A DNA stretch of 64,000 nt from an uncultured Bacteroidales bacterium (GTDB lineage: Bacteria; Bacteroidota; Bacteroidia; Bacteroidales; VadinHA17): NCBI GenBank assembly GCA_963849945.1, contig CAWKJD010000003.1, forward strand, positions 302,818 to 366,817, given 5' to 3'. The stretch's first letter is position 1. The number at the start of each line of letters is the position of its first letter. This document shows positions 61,703-64,000 of the stretch, piece by piece. Both the position numbers and the translations under genes were made by a program. The notes under the pieces are model-generated. The model worked only from the letters and a program-made list of their open reading frames with translations. It searched no databases and was not told the origin of the DNA.

Positions 61703-62687
61703 ATGTATCGCAATGAACCTATAGATGTTGTAATCTCATGGGTGGACGGTAACGACCCGAACCATCGCAAAAAGATGAATCCCTATCTGAAAGATTCTTT
61801 TTCGAAGTGGGATGATATTGCATCCCCAACGCGATACAGTTCAGTTGGAGAAATTTATTTCTGTGTTGCTTCCATTCTGAAGTTTGCCCCTTTCGTTCAT
61901 AAAATCTTTGTTGTTACTGACAATCAAAATCCTTATTTGGAGCCATTTATTGAACAGCATTTCCGAAATCGAAGCACTGAAATCGTCATCATTGATCACA
62001 AAGAAATTTTTGCAGGGTACGAAGAAATATTGCCGGTTTTTAACAGCCTCTCGCTGGAAAGCTGTCTTTACAGAATAGAAGGACTAAGCGAAAATTTCGT
62101 CTATTTCAATGATGATTTTTTTCTGATGCGTCCCATAGAACCGTCAGACTGGTTTTACGGAGGGAAAGCCCTCGCTTACGGAATGTGGCGAAATGTTGCT
62201 TTCGAACACCTCGTGCGAAAATTAAAACCCAGAAAGCATGGTCACCTGCCTTTCGGATTCAAGGATTCGATGCTAAATGCAGTGCCTTTTTCAGGGAAAC
62301 ACAGCTGGTATTTTTGCATTGAGCATACTCCATTTCCTCTGAAAAAGTCTGTTCTGAAAGCATTTTTCGATAATCATCCGGAGGTACTCATCAAAAATAT
62401 TGATCACAAATTCCGTGACCCGGAACAATTTAATACTCAGGCTCTTTTTTACCAGATTGGTTTCGGCGAAGGATTGTGTGTCCATTGCCCCGAAGGGTAA
62501 ATATTTGCTGATTAAGCCCGACGGAAAAAAAGTTAAATACATTGACGGCAAAATAAAATATTTTGAAAACCATCCGGAGATCCTTTTCGGATGCATCGAG
62601 TCAGCCGATAAAGCGGATCCTGAAGTACTTCGGGATCTTTTCGGTTGGCTCAACAAGCTAATGGGTACAGGGATCAGTACTGAATGA
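61703..62687 (+). pseudogene. Stealth-family (CR1-CR4) polysaccharide hexose-1-phosphotransferase, interrupted by a +1 frameshift near 62475-62500
   Basis: PIDVVISWVDGNDPNHRKK is CR1. RYSSVGEIYFCVASILKFAPFVHKIFVVTDNQNP is CR2. LPVFNSLSLESCLYRIEGLSENFVYFNDDFFL is the CR2/CR3 region. The frame stops at 62500, and the C-terminal ~65 aa continue in the +1 frame to 62687. The combined length of ~328 aa fits an intact Stealth protein. Confidence 0.7.
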
Positions 62688-62688
62688 A

Positions 62689-62965
62689 ATGAAGATATTT
62701 TTTGCTGTTAAATCACTGCACACGGCAGGAGGAACAGAACGTGCCACCATTGTACTTGCCAACGTGTTTGCATTCCCAACCCTGTAACAATTACCGGTTT
62801 ACAGCCTACGCCTCTGAATGAAAAAAGAGTGCTTGCCAGCGGAAGACTGACAAAACAAAAGGGCTTTGACCTGCTGCTGGATGCCTGGAAACTTACAAAA
62901 GAACGGCATAACGGCTGGAAACTGCGCATCATTGGAAGCGGAAAAATGAAAGCCATGCTTGAAAA
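62689..62965 (+). pseudogene. GT4 glycosyltransferase remnant (internal deletion plus 3' truncation)
   Basis: MKIFFAVKSLHTAGGTERATIVLANV is a GT4 N-terminus that stops after 32 codons. In another frame, CIPNPV...KRVLASGRLTKQKGFDLLLDAWKLTKERHNGWKLRIIGSGKMKAMLEKK is the central GT4 motif. It then runs into the neighbour's terminator. Confidence 0.65.
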
Positions 62966-62995
62966 AAAACTCTTCCGCCTGACAACGGAAGAGTT
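62962..62995 (-). terminator. Rho-independent terminator of the OMP gene
   Basis: Perfect 10-bp stem: aactcttccg (62968-62977) pairs with cggaagagtt (62986-62995), with an 8-nt loop. T8 follows on the minus strand. Confidence 0.8.
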
Positions 62996-63014
62996 CATTT
63001 ATGACATTTTGCGA

Positions 63015-63626
63015 TCAGAATATTATGCCTGCATGAAGCAGAAGGGCACCGGTTCTGTCGTCAAGTGTAAAGGTTTCACCACCGATGGTTATCTTGTCGC
63101 CAAACTGGTTCAGGTTACCCTCATAGCGTAAATCAAGCGTCAGTTTATTGAAGAGGTCGATGCCTACACCAGCCTGGTAACCGAACGTGGCCCTCTTATA
63201 AGTCGCGCCCTGAATTATCTCTTTAGGGTCGCTTATCAGAACGGATGCAGCAGGACCGGCATTTATTCTCAGGAAAGCGAGTTTAAATCCCAGTAAAACA
63301 GGAATATTGAGTTTATTGAACTTCTGGTTATAAATGACGGGAACTCCGCCTGCTTCAACGTCACTATAAGTGACAGAGTTTGTGGCTGTGGCAAGAAGCA
63401 ATTCAGGTTGCAGATAAAAGCCTGCAAAAGAAGCTCTCATAAACACTCCTCCCTGGAATCCCCATTCTGCTGTCTTAAGGTTCTGAATGGTCACAGTTGT
63501 GTTTTTAAATGTCTGATCAGTAAATGTAAAGTCAGTGCTAGCCCCTGCTTTAATACCGAACTTAATCTGAGAAAAAAGAGGTGAAGCGAGCAGTATTGCA
63601 AACATAACAACCAGGATCTTTTTCAT
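63015..63626 (-). CDS. Small outer-membrane beta-barrel protein (PorT/OprF-N-like porin family)
   Basis: Signal peptide MKKILVVMFAILLASPLFSQ, alternating-hydrophobicity strands, and a C-terminal aromatic residue (IIF). Confidence 0.75.
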   Translation of the reverse strand: MKKILVVMFAILLASPLFSQIKFGIKAGASTDFTFTDQTFKNTTVTIQNLKTAEWGFQGGVFMRASFAGFYLQPELLLATATNSVTYSDVEAGGVPVIYNQKFNKLNIPVLLGFKLAFLRINAGPAASVLISDPKEIIQGATYKRATFGYQAGVGIDLFNKLTLDLRYEGNLNQFGDKITIGGETFTLDDRTGALLLHAGIIF

Positions 63627-63723
63627 TTTTGTCTTTTTTAGTTAATAATACAGGACTGTAAAACGATTAACGTCAAAAAGTATCAAAAGGTTGCATGGAT
63701 TGTCAAAAAAGGGGTAATTTATT

Positions 63724-64000
63724 TTACTTTTTTGCCAGTTCGGAGAAGATTATCTCCTTCATTTTGTCAAATTCATCGCGTTCAAAAAGGCGTGTAAGGA
63801 AAATGATCCTGCCGGTTCTGTCAATTATTACATTACGTGTAACACCTGACTCCTTCAGGGAAAAAAGAGCAAATATTTCAGCTCCGGGATCGAGGGCGAG
63901 AGGATATGTTATTTTCATTTCATCTCTGAACTTCTGTACCTTTTCCGCAGGTTCATCGCGGTCTATACCGATCACTGCCAGGCCTTTCGTTTTTCCCGGC
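63724..64000 (-). CDS. TlpA/AhpC-like thioredoxin-fold thiol-disulfide oxidoreductase, C-terminal part (partial, continues past the right edge)
   Basis: The frame stays open upstream of the track's internal Met (...GKTKGLAVIGIDRDEPAEKVQKFRDEMKITYPLALDP....FALF......P.NVIIDRTGRII). This is the pattern of redoxin-family C-termini. Confidence 0.65.
   Translation of the reverse strand, partial: PGKTKGLAVIGIDRDEPAEKVQKFRDEMKITYPLALDPGAEIFALFSLKESGVTRNVIIDRTGRIIFLTRLFERDEFDKMKEIIFSELAKK

Noticed and set aside
1-64000. Search for tRNA, rRNA, transposases, integrases, phage genes, and toxin-antitoxin or restriction-modification modules
   Set aside because: No T-loop or acceptor-like sequences and no rRNA-like stretches are present. 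No ORF has DDE, tyrosine or serine recombinase motifs, capsid or terminase motifs, or methyltransferase motifs. None is reported.

Overview
The window looks like a Bacteroidota chromosomal segment. The evidence is TAnnTTTG -7 promoter boxes in front of many genes, T9SS C-terminal sorting domains, SusC-type CarboxypepD_reg/Plug modules, a PstS-TPR-ExbB-ExbD-ExbD-TonB operon, and four Tat-exported redox enzymes. I call about 60 genes. I found no rRNA, tRNA, CRISPR array, transposase, integrase or prophage.

Gene content, left to right:
- 1-5.6 kb: an accessory block of secreted proteins. It holds an edge-truncated FISUMP protein that is missing from the ORF track, a collagen-like lipoprotein, two paralogous small Cys-rich lipopeptides, and a stand-alone SusC N-terminus.
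- 6.7-10.2 kb: HexNAc salvage genes (HAD-IIA phosphatase, NagP/GluP-type MFS transporter, NahK).
- 10.4-14.1 kb: a three-subunit biotin acyl-CoA carboxylase.
- Scattered: peptide scavenging genes (PepD plus an unusual MFS, a POT transporter, DPP III).
- 23.3-29.6 kb: the TonB energising operon.
- 33.2-40.4 kb: a propeller/Y_Y_Y-SpoIIE sensor phosphatase divergent from a 1.2-kaa C25 peptidase with a T9SS CTD.
- 41.2-46.1 kb: a DUF1080, Gfo/Idh/MocA and TIM-barrel cluster, typical of oxidative (3-keto) glycoside cleavage.
- 46-60.5 kb: housekeeping genes (radical SAM, DnaQ-GIY-YIG, PiT/DUF47, MltG, Cls, glycosyltransferases).
- 60.7-63.0 kb: a decaying exopolysaccharide locus with a frameshifted Stealth gene and a GT4 remnant.

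The least explained signal is non-coding. Seven short tandem arrays with a 7-8 nt period (AAAGTC/GACTTT type and others) lie in five intergenic spacers, 0-35 nt after stop codons. There is also a GC-rich hairpin present twice with a compensatory base-pair change, and a promoter, 18-codon ORF and terminator unit between the two Cys-rich peptide genes.

All functional calls come from motif recognition by eye. No database search was run.
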